Part shown: positions 13,596 to 25,930 of the stretch, piece after piece
How the letters are laid out: every line of letters begins with the position of its first letter
Numbering within the stretch: the stretch's first letter is position 1
From: Vicugna vicugna
Taxonomy: Eukaryota
Assembly (NCBI GenBank): GCA_013265495.1
Contig: MU057560.1
Location: 2,170,909-2,234,908, forward strand
DNA length: 64,000 nt
Reading direction: 5' to 3'
Translations under genes and position numbers: made by a program
Notes under the pieces: generated by a model
Databases searched by the model: none
Told to the model about the DNA's origin: nothing
What the model saw: the letters and a program-made list of their open reading frames with translations, nothing else

Positions 13596-14759
13596 CGTGC
13601 TGCCTGGGCCCCGGCTCGTTCTCTCTGGAGCTCTGCCCCCAGTGTGGCCTTGTCGCCTGGGGCCTGTTCAAACCCTCCGTCCCGGCCCAGAAGAAGGCAG
13701 AGGGGCCTCCCACGCTGCGTCCCGGCGCTGACCAGCCCGAGCGCAGACCGTGGCCTGGGGGAGTCCCGACACCGTTTGTGACCAGGGGTCCCCTGCGCCG
13801 CTCCCCACAGGGTCCCACTGATGGCATCCTTGTCACCCCGACGTCACACACGTGCTCCGGGGCCACCCCCAGCCTACCTGTTGAAAGCCCGAGTTGCGGG
13901 GTCAGCCCCACCCCCAGGTGACCCCAGAACTCTGAGCCCAGGACCCTTGCCGGCTCCTCCTCCTGTGAGTCCAGGGTGAGTCTGGCCGCGGCCTCCCGGG
14001 CGTCCCACCTGTTCTGAGAGGGAGAGACTGTCCCCAGGCAGCCGTCAGGCTTGGGCCTTGTTCACGACAGGCTTCGGTCTGAAAATGGACTCGTGCTAAG
14101 TGCCGAAGCCGGCTGGCCCCGCCGTGTCTGTGCGGTGTTTCCTGACTCTGCTGTGAGCCCGGAGGGGCACGTCTGGGTTTTGTTTCTTCTCTTTTGGGTG
14201 AGAGTCTGTGGGGAAGGTGGGGGCTGCGGGGGTGGGCGGACAGGGGTCCTGTTCCAGGTGCGACCTGCCCGTGAGGAATGGGCAGCCGCTCTGAGGAAGC
14301 AGAGTTAGCTGGGGCCTCCTGTGTGGCAGGCGCTGGGAGACCTGCAGGTGCCGCGGGGAGTGAGGCAAAGATCTGCACTTACGTGGGGTCGGCCACCCTG
14401 CCGGCCAGGGGCTTGTGGTGTGTTGTCTGAACACAGGCTGGATGCCCGGTCGAGTGCAGAGCAGGGCTGCGGGGAGCCATGGGGAGCAGGAGCGGGTGAG
14501 GGGGTCCCAAGCGGGGGCCTCGCAGGGCAGCGATGTGGGGCAGACACCCAGGTTTGGGGATGGGGCTGACCGCGTGGGCGCACCGCGGGAGGGCCCAGCA
14601 AGGGGACGGTGTGCGCAGGCCCTGAGGTGGGGCGGCCCGGCCCGGCCAGGACGCGGCAGGCTGGTGGGACCACAGGGCTTGGCCCTGAGGACCTGTCCCC
14701 CCTGCGATGAAGCCGCTGAGCGGGGCCGGGTGGGTGCCTGGTGCCTCTGCTTTTGCTCT

Positions 14760-15420
14760 GTTCCTGTGTGAAGTCGGTGAGTTGTAACACATGTACCAAG
14801 CCACGTAACCGCCACCGCAGTCTACAGGCAGAGCGGCTGTTCGTGACCCAGACTGCCTGTGCTGCCCCCGGGGCCGCCGCAGCCCCGGGAGCCCCCCGTC
14901 CGGCTGTCTTTCTGAGGGTGTCCTACAGACGACTCGGGTGGGGCCTGGTTCTCTGAGACCGGCTTCCGCTCAGCGCAGCACCCGCCAGCTCTCCGGCTGC
15001 TGTGTGCACGGTCTTTGTTCCTTTGTATTGTGCGCTGCTGGAGTCCTCGGCGCACCTGCCGCGGGCTGCTTATCTGTCCGCCGTAGAAGGCCAGCGTGCT
15101 GTTTCCAGTTTTGGGTGGCTGTGAGCAGCTGCTGTAAACCTTCGTGTGTTGGTATCTGTGTAAACAGAAATGTCCGCTTCCTAGGGCAGAGGTTGGCCTC
15201 CTATCCCTGTGGGCCACGTGCCAAGCCCCTGCCACCAGCACCAAGGCACGCAGGGGGCGCCCTTCGTGTTTGCTTAGTTGACTGCGCTGAAGTTCCCAGA
15301 GCGGCTCCCTGACACTGGATCTGAAGTAGCTCTCCCGCGTTACTCCTCTCACACGACTCCTTCCCCGCGGCACCTGCCCGTGGGAGTAAATGCTAATGGT
15401 GCCGCGTGCTCGCTCTTGCG
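14760..15420 (-). mobile_element. Old L1 (L1M-type) 3' region fragment, strongly GC-shifted
   Basis: aacacatgtaccaagccacgtaaccgccacc... and tttccagttttgggtggctgtgagcagctgctgtaaaccttcgtgtg resemble antisense L1M 3' sequence. Confidence 0.55.
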
Positions 15421-15424
15421 CGCG

Positions 15425-15620
15425 CTCAGGGCCTGGTGCGCGGGTGCTCAAAGACTGATGGGTGGATGGGTGGACGGAGGGATGGGGCGATGTGGGGATG
15501 GAGGGTTGAGTGGAGGGATGGGGAGGGATGGGAGATGGGGGATGGAGAGATGGGGGATGGGTGGGGGAGGGGGAGGGGCATGGGGAGAGATGGAGGGACC
15601 GGTGGAAGGATGGGTGGATA
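15425..15620 (+). repeat. L2 3'-end-like remnant followed by GGAT/GGGA-rich low-complexity tract
   Basis: cagggcctggtgcgcgggtgctcaaagactg, then gatgggtggatgggtggacggagggatgggg... Confidence 0.6.
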
Positions 15621-16944
15621 GGTCACTCTGGTTCCCCAGGCTGAGAATGGAGACAGGAGAGAAGATAATACATGTAACACGTGTGTGACCACAGCGTGAT
15701 CAGATGCCTGGAGGTGGGGGCCAGGCACCCTGGGGGCCCCGAGCAGAGGCGGGAAGAGTCTCTGGTCCTCTGGAAACTGCACGCCCCGAAGGATGAGGAC
15801 GGGCGGGGGGAGGGCCCTGCAGGTGGGAGGCCCTTGAGGGAGTCTTATCGCAGACTGATTTGGGCTGCGATGGGGCCACAAGCATGGCCACCTGCCCCGG
15901 GGGATGGAGGGGCGTGAGGCTCTCCCGCTGGCAGCTTTGCGGTTGGAGGCTCCTTCTAGCTGCAATTCTTAGATGGAGAGGGGGTGGAATGACCGTTTTG
16001 CAGGTTTCAAATGAGACCGAAAAGCTTCCCCTGGCTCTGGCTGCACCTGGGACACGCTCCGTCCTGAGCCCGTGTGCCCAGAGCTCAGCGTGACCCCCGC
16101 CCCCGGTCAGCAGGAGGAAGGGCCAAGGGAACGGCTGGTGCTGGAGCAACGGGCAGCGGGAGGCCGAGCTCGCATGATCTGGACGTCGCTGCGGGGAGGC
16201 GGTCAGCACACTCACGGCCCCTGGCTCGTCTGCGGCTGTAAACTGAGGGCCTTCACCGGGCGCCACGGAGAGCGACCGCGGGAGCTTACTGGGCTCTTCA
16301 CTCTCCCCGCAGGGACAGGCCCCAGTGAGCCGGGTGACCGTCCTGTCCCCCGAGGCCCCGGCACCCTCTCTGAGGGCAGGCCCGGGCGGGGAAGGCCCCC
16401 CAGGAGAAGGCACAGCCTGGGCAGAGCAGACCCAGGATCAGAGTGCCGGGTGCCCGTGGTGGGTGTCGGGTGGGGCACGTGCCCTGGCCACTCGTGGTTC
16501 TGTCTCACCGCCCTGTGAACCAGCGAGGATGGACGGGAGAGAACCCAGCAGGAGGCACTGAGAAAGCCTGGACCGCTCGCAGGATGCAGCAGTCGCCTTG
16601 GAAACATGACCCACGGGCATGGGTGGGCGCCGATGGGGGAGCGGCAGTGCCTCTGGGCTTCATGTGCAATTTCTCCTATAACTCAGGGGCCCGAGGAGTC
16701 TTCCCCAGGCTGAGCTGGAGGAGACGAGAATCTTTATTTGTGGCTGTTGTGGCCTGAGGGGTTATCGGTCATCCTGTTTCAGGCACAGTGAGTTTGAGAC
16801 GCTGGGTGCAGCCTGTGGGGTAGGGGCAGGGATGGCCAGTGGGCAGCGGACTGGGAGTCGGGCACAGAGGGAGGGCCAGGAGACCCCGCACTCTCACCAG
16901 CACCCAGGTGACCGGGGGCCACCCTTCCCTGGTGCCTCAGCCCC

Positions 16945-17253
16945 GTTGGGGGCTGTGCCAGGACACCACACCCCGCAGACAAGTCTCACAGCCCTGGGGG
17001 CCGGACGTCCGAGGTTTGGGTGCTGGTGTGGTCGGGGTCTGATGAGGACCAGCTTCCAGGCCTGCAGACGGCCCCTCCTCGTGTTGCATCCTCATGGGGG
17101 GAGAGAGGGAGCATCTCGCTCTCTGGGGTCCCTTTGATCAGGGCACCGATCCCCATGAGGCTCTGCCCTCCTGACCTCGCTGCCTCTCAAAGGCCCCTTC
17201 CGGGGGGCTCCGGCTTCAACACATGAATCTGGGGGACACAGTTCATCCACGGC
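16945..17253 (-). mobile_element. MLT1A-type MaLR solo LTR
   Basis: The reverse complement (tggatgaactgtgtcccccagattcatgtgttgaagcc...ggccgtctgcaggcctggaag...gctgtgaga) follows the MLT1A/A0 layout. Confidence 0.8.
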
Positions 17254-18374
17254 ATCCAGGACGGGGTACCCCATTCTCCTTGATGGAGGCCGGAACCAGC
17301 GTCAGCAGCCCAGGTGTTTCTTAGGAGAGCCCTGTCTCCTCGTCTGGGAGGTGACATCTCGGCCCCGCACAGCTCACAGGGACGGCTCACAGGAGGGAGC
17401 CCCTGGAGCGGGTGCAGGCTCCCAGCCCGTGCAGGGGGGAGGCTCTGTCCCCCAGGCGCCCAGTTCCCAGGTTCCTAGGTGGGGCCCTCGGGCAGGTGGA
17501 GACTGGCTCTCCAACACCACCTGACACACAGGCCCAGGTGGGGCGCCGTCACCCGAGAGGCCTTTGGGGACAAGATCTGCTTGGCCGCCCCGCAGGACTG
17601 CTTGGGCTTAGGGCTTCTTCCTGGGAGAGAGGCCTGAAGTCACATGCAGGTGGACAGGGCATCTGTCCGTGTCTCTCTGGATCCAGGCAGCACACGAGGC
17701 CACGTGGAGGCATCATTGGGCCTCTGGGTCCTGAGACGGAGGGAGGTGGGGAGGACAGTGGGGTGAGGCAGGCCTCCCCCCACGGCTGAGCTGGCCCTCC
17801 CTGCACATCATGCATGCACACGTGACTGAGGACCAGGTCCCACCAGGAAGTGGCCTCTGCTGGTCCCTCACACGCCGGCAGCTCCTCCTCGCTGACCCTG
17901 GTGAGAGACATGCCCGGACTCCCCGAGGCTGGGGTTGGCGTCTGTGACCCAGGCTGTTGGAATGGTGGGTTCTGGGCCCTCCTGGGTCTGTCCCTCCCGA
18001 CACGGTGCAGTCATTTGTAAATGTCAGCAGAGGGTGTCAGGACCCCCGGCGAATCCCAGGGAAGGAGGGCCTGGCTTTGCGGCTGATGGATGTTTAATTT
18101 GGAAAAGTCAGGCCGCTTTGAGGCTTGTAGCCACCAGCTGTTGCTGAAGGTGTTCAGAGCCAGTTACCTGGGGAAGGCGGGGAGCAGTGGGGGACTTGGG
18201 CAGAGTCACCCCACCTCCCACCCCTCGTGAGTGGGGGCCTGCAGCCGAGTCCCCCCAGTTTGGGCACTCAGGGCATCGGGGAGAGGCGGGCTGGGGATGC
18301 TGGAGGTCAGCACGCGGGCTGGGCGTGTGCCTGGGAACAGGGCACGTGCTCTTTTAAAAAACCTGGTGTGAATT

Positions 18375-18465
18375 GAGCCTGGAGGCTCTGGGAGCCGTGG
18401 CATCTTGGACACGACGCTTAGTCTCTGAGCTTCAGTTTCTTCCTCTATAAATTATAATAATGGGT
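18375..18465 (+). mobile_element. MIR fragment
   Basis: gcttagtctctgagcttcagtttcttcctctataaattataataatggg resembles the MIR core. Confidence 0.6.
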
Positions 18466-19272
18466 AACGGACGTGTCCGGTCACCCCAGGCTCAGAACAA
18501 ACCAACCCCAAACCTAGGGGTGGAAGCGGCAGCCAGCTGACCCTGCTGGGGTAACCTTGGGGCAGGACTGGGGCAGGGGACGGCTGGCCCTGTCCCGGCT
18601 GGGCTCCGCTGCGCTGTCTGCTGGGCACCCATGTGGCCCCTCGTGTGTGCCTGGCTTCTCTCCTGGGTCCTTGGGGCTTTAGGAGGGGTTGCCCAGCCTG
18701 GACATCGCAGGGACCCGTCTGTCGCAGTGCCTTGGCTGGAGGTGTAACAGGCCTACCCGGATTAGGGCGGGCCGGGTACCTGACCGTCTTCGAGGCTCTC
18801 CGGTGACCAGTGCCTCCAGAGCCCCTGGGCGCTGCCCGGGGATGGCGTGTGTGGTCAGTGACTAACTGTCTTGCAGCATCAGCTCTCCTGGTGAAGCTGG
18901 CCGATTTTTAGCTGCATATCCCACTGTGGACAAGGTTTCCACATGAGTAGGGCAGCACGGGGTCAGCCCTGCCTAAGCCCAGGGGCCACATCCTTTCTAT
19001 TTCGGGGCTCGACCCCTGGTGGCAAGCTGGTGTTTGGGACAGGCATCCCCAGGAGCCTGGAGCCTCCTGGGTGCTGGCTGGCCCACAGCAGTGTCTTCCC
19101 TAAGGCCTCCTGAAGCATCTGGGCGAGTCTGAGGGGCAGTCCCCGCCCCCAGCTCCGGGGACCCTGCTTTGGAAGCAGTGGCTCTGGGAACAGGACCCAC
19201 TCCTGCCGGGACGTCACGAGGCCCTACACCGGGCCAACGCAGTGGCTGCATGAGGAGAGGCATCAGGACCCC

Positions 19273-19332
19273 GGGGCCTGCAGGTGGGGTGAGCCTGGGG
19301 CCTGCAGGTGGGGTGAGCCTGGGGTCTGGGGG
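19273..19332 (+). repeat. Perfect 24-bp tandem duplication GGGGCCTGCAGGTGGGGTGAGCCT x2 plus partial copy
   Basis: Units at 19273-19296 and 19297-19320, read directly. Confidence 0.95.
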
Positions 19333-19639
19333 CACCGACCGCCCCACTCCTCCCATCCATGGGGCCCACAAATGGGCCTCACCCTCCAACCTGGCATCTT
19401 CAGACCCCGTGCCATGGGCAGGCCCCCCCAGGAACTGTGTCCTTAATGGAGGGAGACTCGCTGCGGCCTTGCCACCGACACAGGAGGGTGAGTGAGGGCA
19501 GCCAGGGGCCCGTGAGCCCCGCCACTTCCTGGGCGGAAGCCAAGGCTGGACCCTTTGAACTCTTGCACAAGGTTTTGTGGGCATGTCTGGCTTTTTAAAA
19601 AGTTAATAGACATTCCAAAAAAGTCTACTAATTAAAAAT

Positions 19640-19745
19640 TTAAAGCTTTTAAGGCAGTTTTGGGTTCACAGAAAAACTGAGCAGAAAGTAGACAGTTCTC
19701 ATACCTGCCCCCCAAGTCTCCCCATTATTTACACCTCCCCTAGTG
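19640..19745 (-). mobile_element. L1M 3'-end fragment
   Basis: gcagttttgggttcacagaaaaactgagcagaaagtagacagttctcatacc resembles the antisense L1MC/MD 3' UTR. Confidence 0.7.
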
Positions 19746-21600
19746 GGCTCCCCTCTCATTTCCGACCTCAGTGGACGTGCCCAGGTGCTCACGGAGGCAC
19801 TCGGGCCACTGAGACTTCCCCCACCCCCTGGAGACCGCACAGTCCCGCACTGCCCCGTCTCCCTCACCTCTGTGCACCCTCCGCTGACCCTCTTCTGTCC
19901 TGATCCGAGCGCTCTTGCCGACCTGCAGGTCTGACCTCGAGACGCCACCATAAACTCTGCAGGTCATTGAGCCCCTTTCCGAGGCAGGCACTGGTGGTGG
20001 TGGGGGGCAACGTTGGGGCGGGGAGGGGCGGGCACTGGGGTGGTCCCGGGGTAGGGGCGGGGCGGGGGCGCAGGGCCCGCTGCACCATCAGATGCGGGAG
20101 CGTCTGGCCTCCTGCGCCCAGGGCCCACCACATCCCCAGGAGGCCCTGCTGGGCGTGCCCGGCCCCCCAAGGGCCTTTTAGCTGCTTTCCTTCTTTGGCC
20201 TCGTATTTTAGGCCCAGTAAGAACTGGTGCTCATCTTCATCCCCAGTAACAGGCTGCAGGCTGACGGGAGTGGGGAGCTCTCCGGAGCTGCTGCCGCTCG
20301 GCTGCTGGTTTTCCTAAGCCGTCGAGGCTGGCGGCCCATCCTCTGTGATGTCGCTGTGATGGGTTTAGATGTAGACATGATTTTTTTACAGTGTGAGAAA
20401 GAAAAATAGAACTGAATAAATGATAATGATGACTCCTCCGACTTTTGTGCCTAAAACTGCTTCCAGGCAGGAGCTGTTGCACAGTAATTCATGCCCTGCT
20501 GTGTCTTCCTGCTCAGTGAGTGTGTGGGAAATGGGTATGTGAGAACCGCCTTTCCCTTGTCATCTGGTGCCGTTTAAATGGTGCCTGCACGGTGGTGGCG
20601 GGGAGAGCGGCCCTGGCGGGCGGAGCCGTCGGGCGCCCCCCAGGACCGGTCGCGGGCCCCAGCACCAGAGGCCAGAGATGAGCAGCCGCCTCGGCACAAA
20701 CTTCTCCCGCCAGCGGCGGGGGTCCTGGGAGGGCCTGCAGCCTCCGCCCCTGTTCTCAGAATCTCAGCACCCGTCAGACTTGGTCAGAGTCGACCCCGTG
20801 TCTTGGGTGAACACGGCCACGCCCACTGGCTCGACTGCTGTCACCTCAGCCCAGTGCCGTGAGAGGTCCTGGGTCGGGCTCAGGGCACTAGAAGCACCCC
20901 TTCTCCGAGGTCCCTGTAGTCCTCTTTCCTGGAACCAGTCCCTCCACCCTTGCCTCAGGGCCTGCTCCCTCCCTCCCTGGTGGAGGCCCGGGGGCCCTGG
21001 CACAGTGCCTGGCCTGGTGCGCACGCGGGCACTGAGTGGGCACCACGTGGTGCGTGAACAAGGCAGCCAAGTGTCCGCCGGCACAGGGGGCGCGTGGTCC
21101 CCGACGTCCCCAGGGAGGAACCAGACCCAGAGGGGTGGACGAGTGCACGGCCAGCATGCAGTGGCTTTGCCATTGTGAGGTCACCAAGTAGCCAGTGGCC
21201 CTCTGTCCGGGCACTTCCTGGCCGGGCGACGTGGGTGGGGTCCCTCCTTCCCTCCGGCCTCCAGGCACAACACGGGGAAGCCGACCTGTGACCTCACGGC
21301 TCTGCCAGCTCTGACACTGGGTCCGGGCTCACGGCTGGACACTCCCTGCCCTGCCCTCCGAGTGTCAGAGTTAACGCTGGTGCTGGTCAGAGCATGGCCA
21401 GCTGCCCCTGCAGCCGCGCTCTCCAGGCCACAGGGCAGTCTCCGGCTCTGACCGTGACCGAGGACACTGAATCGTTCCTGGGCAGTGGCTGCCACACAGC
21501 TGCCCCACAGGGCCCTCCTGAAGCCAGGCCTTTTGGACAGACGCATGTTTATATCCGGAAGAGCAGTTGGCCATGGGGGGAGATTCATTTTGTTTGATCT

Positions 21601-21643
21601 CTGTGTGTGTGTGTGTGTATGTGTGTGCGCACGCGTGTGTGTG
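21601..21643. repeat. (TG)n microsatellite abutting a SINE tail
   Basis: tgtgtgtgtgtgtgtgtatgtgtgtgcgcacgcgtgtgtgtgt. Confidence 0.9.
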
Positions 21644-21773
21644 TTTGTTTTGCTTTGGTGGGGGAGGTAGTTAAGTTTATTTATTTATCTATTTTTTGAT
21701 GGAGGTACCAGGGATTGAACCCAGGACCTCATGCATGCTAAGCACGTGGTCTACCACTGAGCTACACCCTCCC
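21644..21773 (-). mobile_element. tRNA-Ala(AGC)-derived SINE (camelid Vic-1 type)
   Basis: The minus strand reads GGGAGGGTGTAGCTCAGTGGTAGACCACGTGCTTAGCATGCATGAGGTCCTGGGTTCAATCCCTGGTACCTCCA, followed by an A-rich tail (AAATAAATAAACTTAACTACCTCCCCC). A and B boxes are intact. Confidence 0.85.
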
Positions 21774-22059
21774 TCTCCGATTTTGTTTGAGTTTAATCAG
21801 CCACATGGAGAGCTGCAGAGCTGCCCCGGCACATCCGAGGGCACAGGACAGTCATGCCCGTGGGCCCTGATGCCACTTGTGGACAGAGAGGCAGGGCCCA
21901 CACCCGCCCGCCCGTGCAGCTCACCTAGGCCAGGCCAGGCCCCAGCGATGACCTCGGAGCACGTCGCACGCCTGCGGGGGCCTGGGCCTTGCTGCCTCTG
22001 TCACCTTTACTCCTTGCCCCCAGCAGCCTGGGGCAGGGATGGGGTCATGGGATCTGCAG

Positions 22060-22190
22060 CCAGGGGGCCTGGGTTGGGATCACAGCCCCATTACTAGCCG
22101 GGGCACTTGGGCGATCCCTTGTTCTGGGCAATAGTTTCCTCATCTGTAAAAAGAGAACCACGCCCTCATCCTGAAGGTGCAGGTTAAACT
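22060..22190 (+). mobile_element. MIR fragment
   Basis: cctgggttgggatcacagccccattactagc...agtttcctcatctgtaaaaag. Confidence 0.7.
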
Positions 22191-22394
22191 GTTTGATGAC
22201 CACAAGGTCCCGGCACGAGCAGGTGTCCCATGAACTGTCAGTTCCCTTCCTGTTTCCACAAGAACTGGGGCTGGCATCTCTCTGGGCTCCGGCTGCCGAC
22301 CGGACGTTAGCCTCCAGCTTCTCCTTGGCGGCGTCCGCTCCGAGCACGGCGACCACAGGCAGACGCAGACGCAGACCCGCCCGCCAGCCGACCA

Positions 22395-23470
22395 GCTCCT
22401 CACGCGGAGCAGCAGCGGCGAGAGCGGCGACCTCGTCTGCTCCTGATCTCGGGGAGGCTGTCAGTCTCTCCCTGGGGAGCCTGGTGCTGCTGGGGTCCTG
22501 TCATGTGCGGCCTTTATCACGTTGAGCTATGTTCCTTCTGCACCTAATCTGGTGAGTTTTGTCATGCAAAGACGTTGAATTTTGTCAAGTGCTTTTCCCG
22601 TATCTATGGAGGTGCTCACAGCTTTTTATCTCTCATTCTGTTAACGCGCATCACAGGTGCTGGCTTGTGTACGTCGGCCCATCCCTGCACCCCGGGGATA
22701 AATCCCACGAGATCATGCTGCAGCGTCCTTTGACTGCGTTGCGGAATTTGACTTGTTGATGTTTTGTTGAGCATTTTTGCATCTGTATTCACCAGGGACA
22801 TTGGTCGACGGTTTCCTGTTCCTGCAGTGCCCTTATCTGTGTGCTGACCGGGGGATGCTGGCCTGGTAAAGCGAGTTTGGGCGTGTTCTCTCCTCTTGAG
22901 CTTTTTGGAAGCGTGTAGAAAGCTTGGTGTTGATCCTTTTTTAAGTGTTAGGTAGGCTTCACCGGTGAAGCCATGCTGCCTTTCTTTGCTGGGAGGGTTT
23001 TGATCACTGACCCAGTTTCCTTATTCGTCATCGGTCTGCTCAGATTTCCTGTTTCTTCTTGGTAGGTCGTATGTTTCTAGGACTTACCCATTCCTTGCAG
23101 GTTACCCAGTTTGCTGGCGTTTACCTGTTGACAGGGACCTCCTTCGATCCTTTGCATCTTGGTGGCGTCAGCTGTAACGCCTCCTCTTCGTTTCTTGTTT
23201 TGTTTATTGTAAAGCACCTCTCTTTCCTTCTTGGGGGTCTGGCTACAGGTCTGTCAATTCTGTTGAACTTTCCAAAGAACAGCTGAGTCTTGTCGATCTT
23301 TCCTAGTGTTTGTCTGGTTTCTGCTGCATTTATTTCTGCTCTGATCGTTATTACTTCCTCTCTTCTGCGAACTTGGAGCTTGGGTTGTTCTTCTTCTAGT
23401 TCCTTGAGGTGCGAAGTTAGGTTGTGTGTGTGAGCCCTTTCCTTTTCCTCAGTGTAAGTGTTTTATGTTT
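22395..23470 (-). mobile_element. L1 ORF2 (reverse transcriptase region) relic
   Basis: ORF 22616-22801(-) SLVNTDAKMLNK...HDLVGFIPGVQGW aligns by eye with L1 RT SLMNIDAKILNK...HDQVGFIPGMQGW. Frameshifted and decayed. Confidence 0.92.
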
Positions 23471-23639
23471 ATCTCTGAACTGTCTGTACCCAGCACAGGG
23501 CTGGGGGCACAGGCCTCTAATAAATGCTGTTACTGAGTGAGTAGACTTAGTTCCAAAAATGACCTGCACCTTATACGAAACTAGAAGAGTGTTAAGAGGA
23601 TACTGTTAAATGGTGGAGTGGCAACAACTAGGCTTATTT

Positions 23640-23732
23640 TTTTATTTTTATTCTCTGTAAAAAAATTTTTATTGAAGAATAGCCTGTTTACAGTGTTGTC
23701 AGTTTCTGGCGTACAGCATCATGGTTCAGTCC
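23640..23732 (-). mobile_element. 5'-truncated L1 3' end
   Basis: tttttattgaagaatagcctgtttacagtgttgtcagtttctggcgtacagcatcatggttcag is a typical artiodactyl-type L1 3' terminus in antisense. Confidence 0.7.
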
Positions 23733-23834
23733 AGGCTTACTCTCAAAGCGTGGTCTGTAGCAGGTGTTCGGGGCCGAGCACGAGATCTGTCACCCGGCTC
23801 AGGGCAGAGCGGTGTTCGGGCCGTTCCCCCTGCA

Positions 23835-23925
23835 GTGGTACCCCGCCTGCAGGCGCTGCGCTGAGGGCTGGGGATATAAAGCCAGTAAAGCACCGCCCTG
23901 CCTCGGAAGAGCTCACAGACTGGGT
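23835..23925 (-). mobile_element. L2 fragment
   Basis: caggcgctgcgctgagggctggggatataaagccagtaaag...ccctgcctcggaagagctcacagactggg resembles the antisense L2 3' end. Confidence 0.6.
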
Positions 23926-25930
23926 GTTCGCAAAACACTGTTAGCGGGGTGGGGTGCGTCAGTGCAGGGCGTTCACATCCAGGGTACAGAATCTGCGCAC
24001 GGGCCCATATCCCTGCAGCGACGGTCCTCATGGGGACATGCGAGGAGGCGGAGGCCAGCTGCCTCGGGCGATTACCTGCCGCACCAGGAGGGCTCCCGGA
24101 CTGGTGCACAGAGCACCTGTGCCGGGTGAGGCAGCCAAGACTCACTGCTGTGCAAGCGCCCCAGAGCAGTGGGGCTGGTGGGCGTCTACGCCCCCGACGT
24201 CAGCACGGATCCCGCACTAGGGGAATCGTGTGGCCCCCGGGGGATGGAGCCTCTGGGGTGCCCGCCCCACAGCGCTTTCTCACCACTGCGGGCCGAGCCT
24301 GCCATCCTGCCGAGGGATGAATCTGTGTGACCTTCGTGCGTCTTGTTTAGAGGCTGTTAACGTGTGCGCCTTTTAAAATATTCAGTATGTGGGGTGACGT
24401 TAAGCTGAGGAAGGATTAGGGGGAGTTCCTGCTTTGTTGCAGTTCCAGCGGGTTGGGGTCGTCTTACTGAGGGAGGGGACTGGAAGTGCTTAAAAACCCA
24501 GCAGGACGAAGGGCGTGTTGCGGCTTGAGCAATGACGTGTTGCAGCGTCGGAGGGGGCCTGTCCGGTGCCACGAAGCCGTCCTTCTGTTGGGACCCGGGC
24601 GGGAGCCGGGCCGATGAGGGTTCCTCCTGAAGACGGCGGTGCACTCCCGGTGCCCCGGGGGCCCGGGTGGGAGGGTGTGGCTGGAGCCTGAGGCATCAGG
24701 GCCTCGTCCAGGTGCTGCTGGGCCCCCTTCCTGTCCAGCTCCCAGAACCTTTGCTCCATCAGACTGTGTCCCAGCCAGTGGCCACAGCGCCCGACGGACC
24801 GGCCTCTAAAGCGCAGATGCTCCGTTTTCCAGCCGTCCGCACCCGGCCAGGTCCTTGCCTTCGTCCTCACACTCCTCCTCACGCATCAGATGCAGCCAGA
24901 GCAGAAGGATGCGGCTCCCCGGCCCTGCCCCAGAGGAGGAAGGGGCTGGGTCAGGAGAGAGGCGTCGTGGCCGGTTTCCTCGCCACGCGGCGGTCCGAGA
25001 GGCTGCGCCAGCGCCTCGGGAGGGCAGCACGCGCCCTGCCCACCAGCTGTGGGACTCGGATCCGCCGCTTCCTGCCGGCGCACGGCTCACCTCGGTTTCT
25101 CCGTCCATGGTGGGAGAGTGGCACCCACTTCCGTGACAGCCCTGGCTCCGGTTGTAGTTTGCGAAGAGATAGCAGCCCGGCCAGGTGCAGAGCCTCAGGA
25201 GCGGCGGCCGCCTCACAGGCTGTCCCCATGACGGCACTGTCCCCGCGACGCGCGCTCCGCTCCGTTCACCAGTGCGGGGAGGAGCCCTGTGTGGGGAGCA
25301 GCCACCGGGAGCTTTGTGTGTGGCATGTCGGGAAACCCTCCCCGATCGGGGTAGTGGCTCCCCTGTCACAGGAGCAGGATTCCTTTCCAGGTGGAAACGA
25401 CCGGGACCCCCCCACCGCCGATCCCCCCTGTCGGGGGGTAGCTTTGGTTCGTATGCTGTGGCGACACACACTGGCCTGTACGCTGCGTGTGAGAGCCGCC
25501 CGGCCGGCCTGCAGGCGCTGTCGGACGGCCTTCCCCCCTGCAGCTGCCCCAGGGACACCTGTTGCCTCTCCCGACGGCCAGTTCACGTTCCACCCTTGTC
25601 CTGGCCTCAGGCCTTCAACCAGGGGGTCGCGGGTGCGTGCGGGAGTCCCTTCCCTGCCGCCTGCGTTTACCCACTGCCCGAAGCCCAGCATCCCAGGCAC
25701 CTGTGTGGGGAGAGTGGGGTGCACAGGTTCCCACTCAGGGGGACCCGGACCCAGAGCCATGGAGCCAGGGACAAAGGCAGACAGCTAGCGTGTCGTCACC
25801 CTCGGTGCTGCTCAGCGTCTCTGCCGTGCGGACCCAGGCCTCACAGACACGGGGGCACGGGCTTCGGGTTGGGGAGGTAAGGGTGCGGGAGGCAGTACCA
25901 GAGCCCTCGTCCTCAGGGCTCACAGTCTAG

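Noticed and set aside
21700..21773. Possible tRNA-Ala(AGC) gene
   Set aside because: It has stem mismatches, an attached SINE tail and three diverged sibling copies in the window, so it is a SINE head.
23874..23880. TATAAA-like promoter element
   Set aside because: It falls within an L2 relic, and there is no other promoter evidence.
24667..25788. 373-aa ORF with overlapping 231-250-aa ORFs
   Set aside because: Non-ATG start, Arg/Pro/Ala/Gly-biased composition and no recognisable domain. It overlaps a GC-shifted MIR-like relic, and such ORFs are expected by chance in stop-poor GC-rich DNA.
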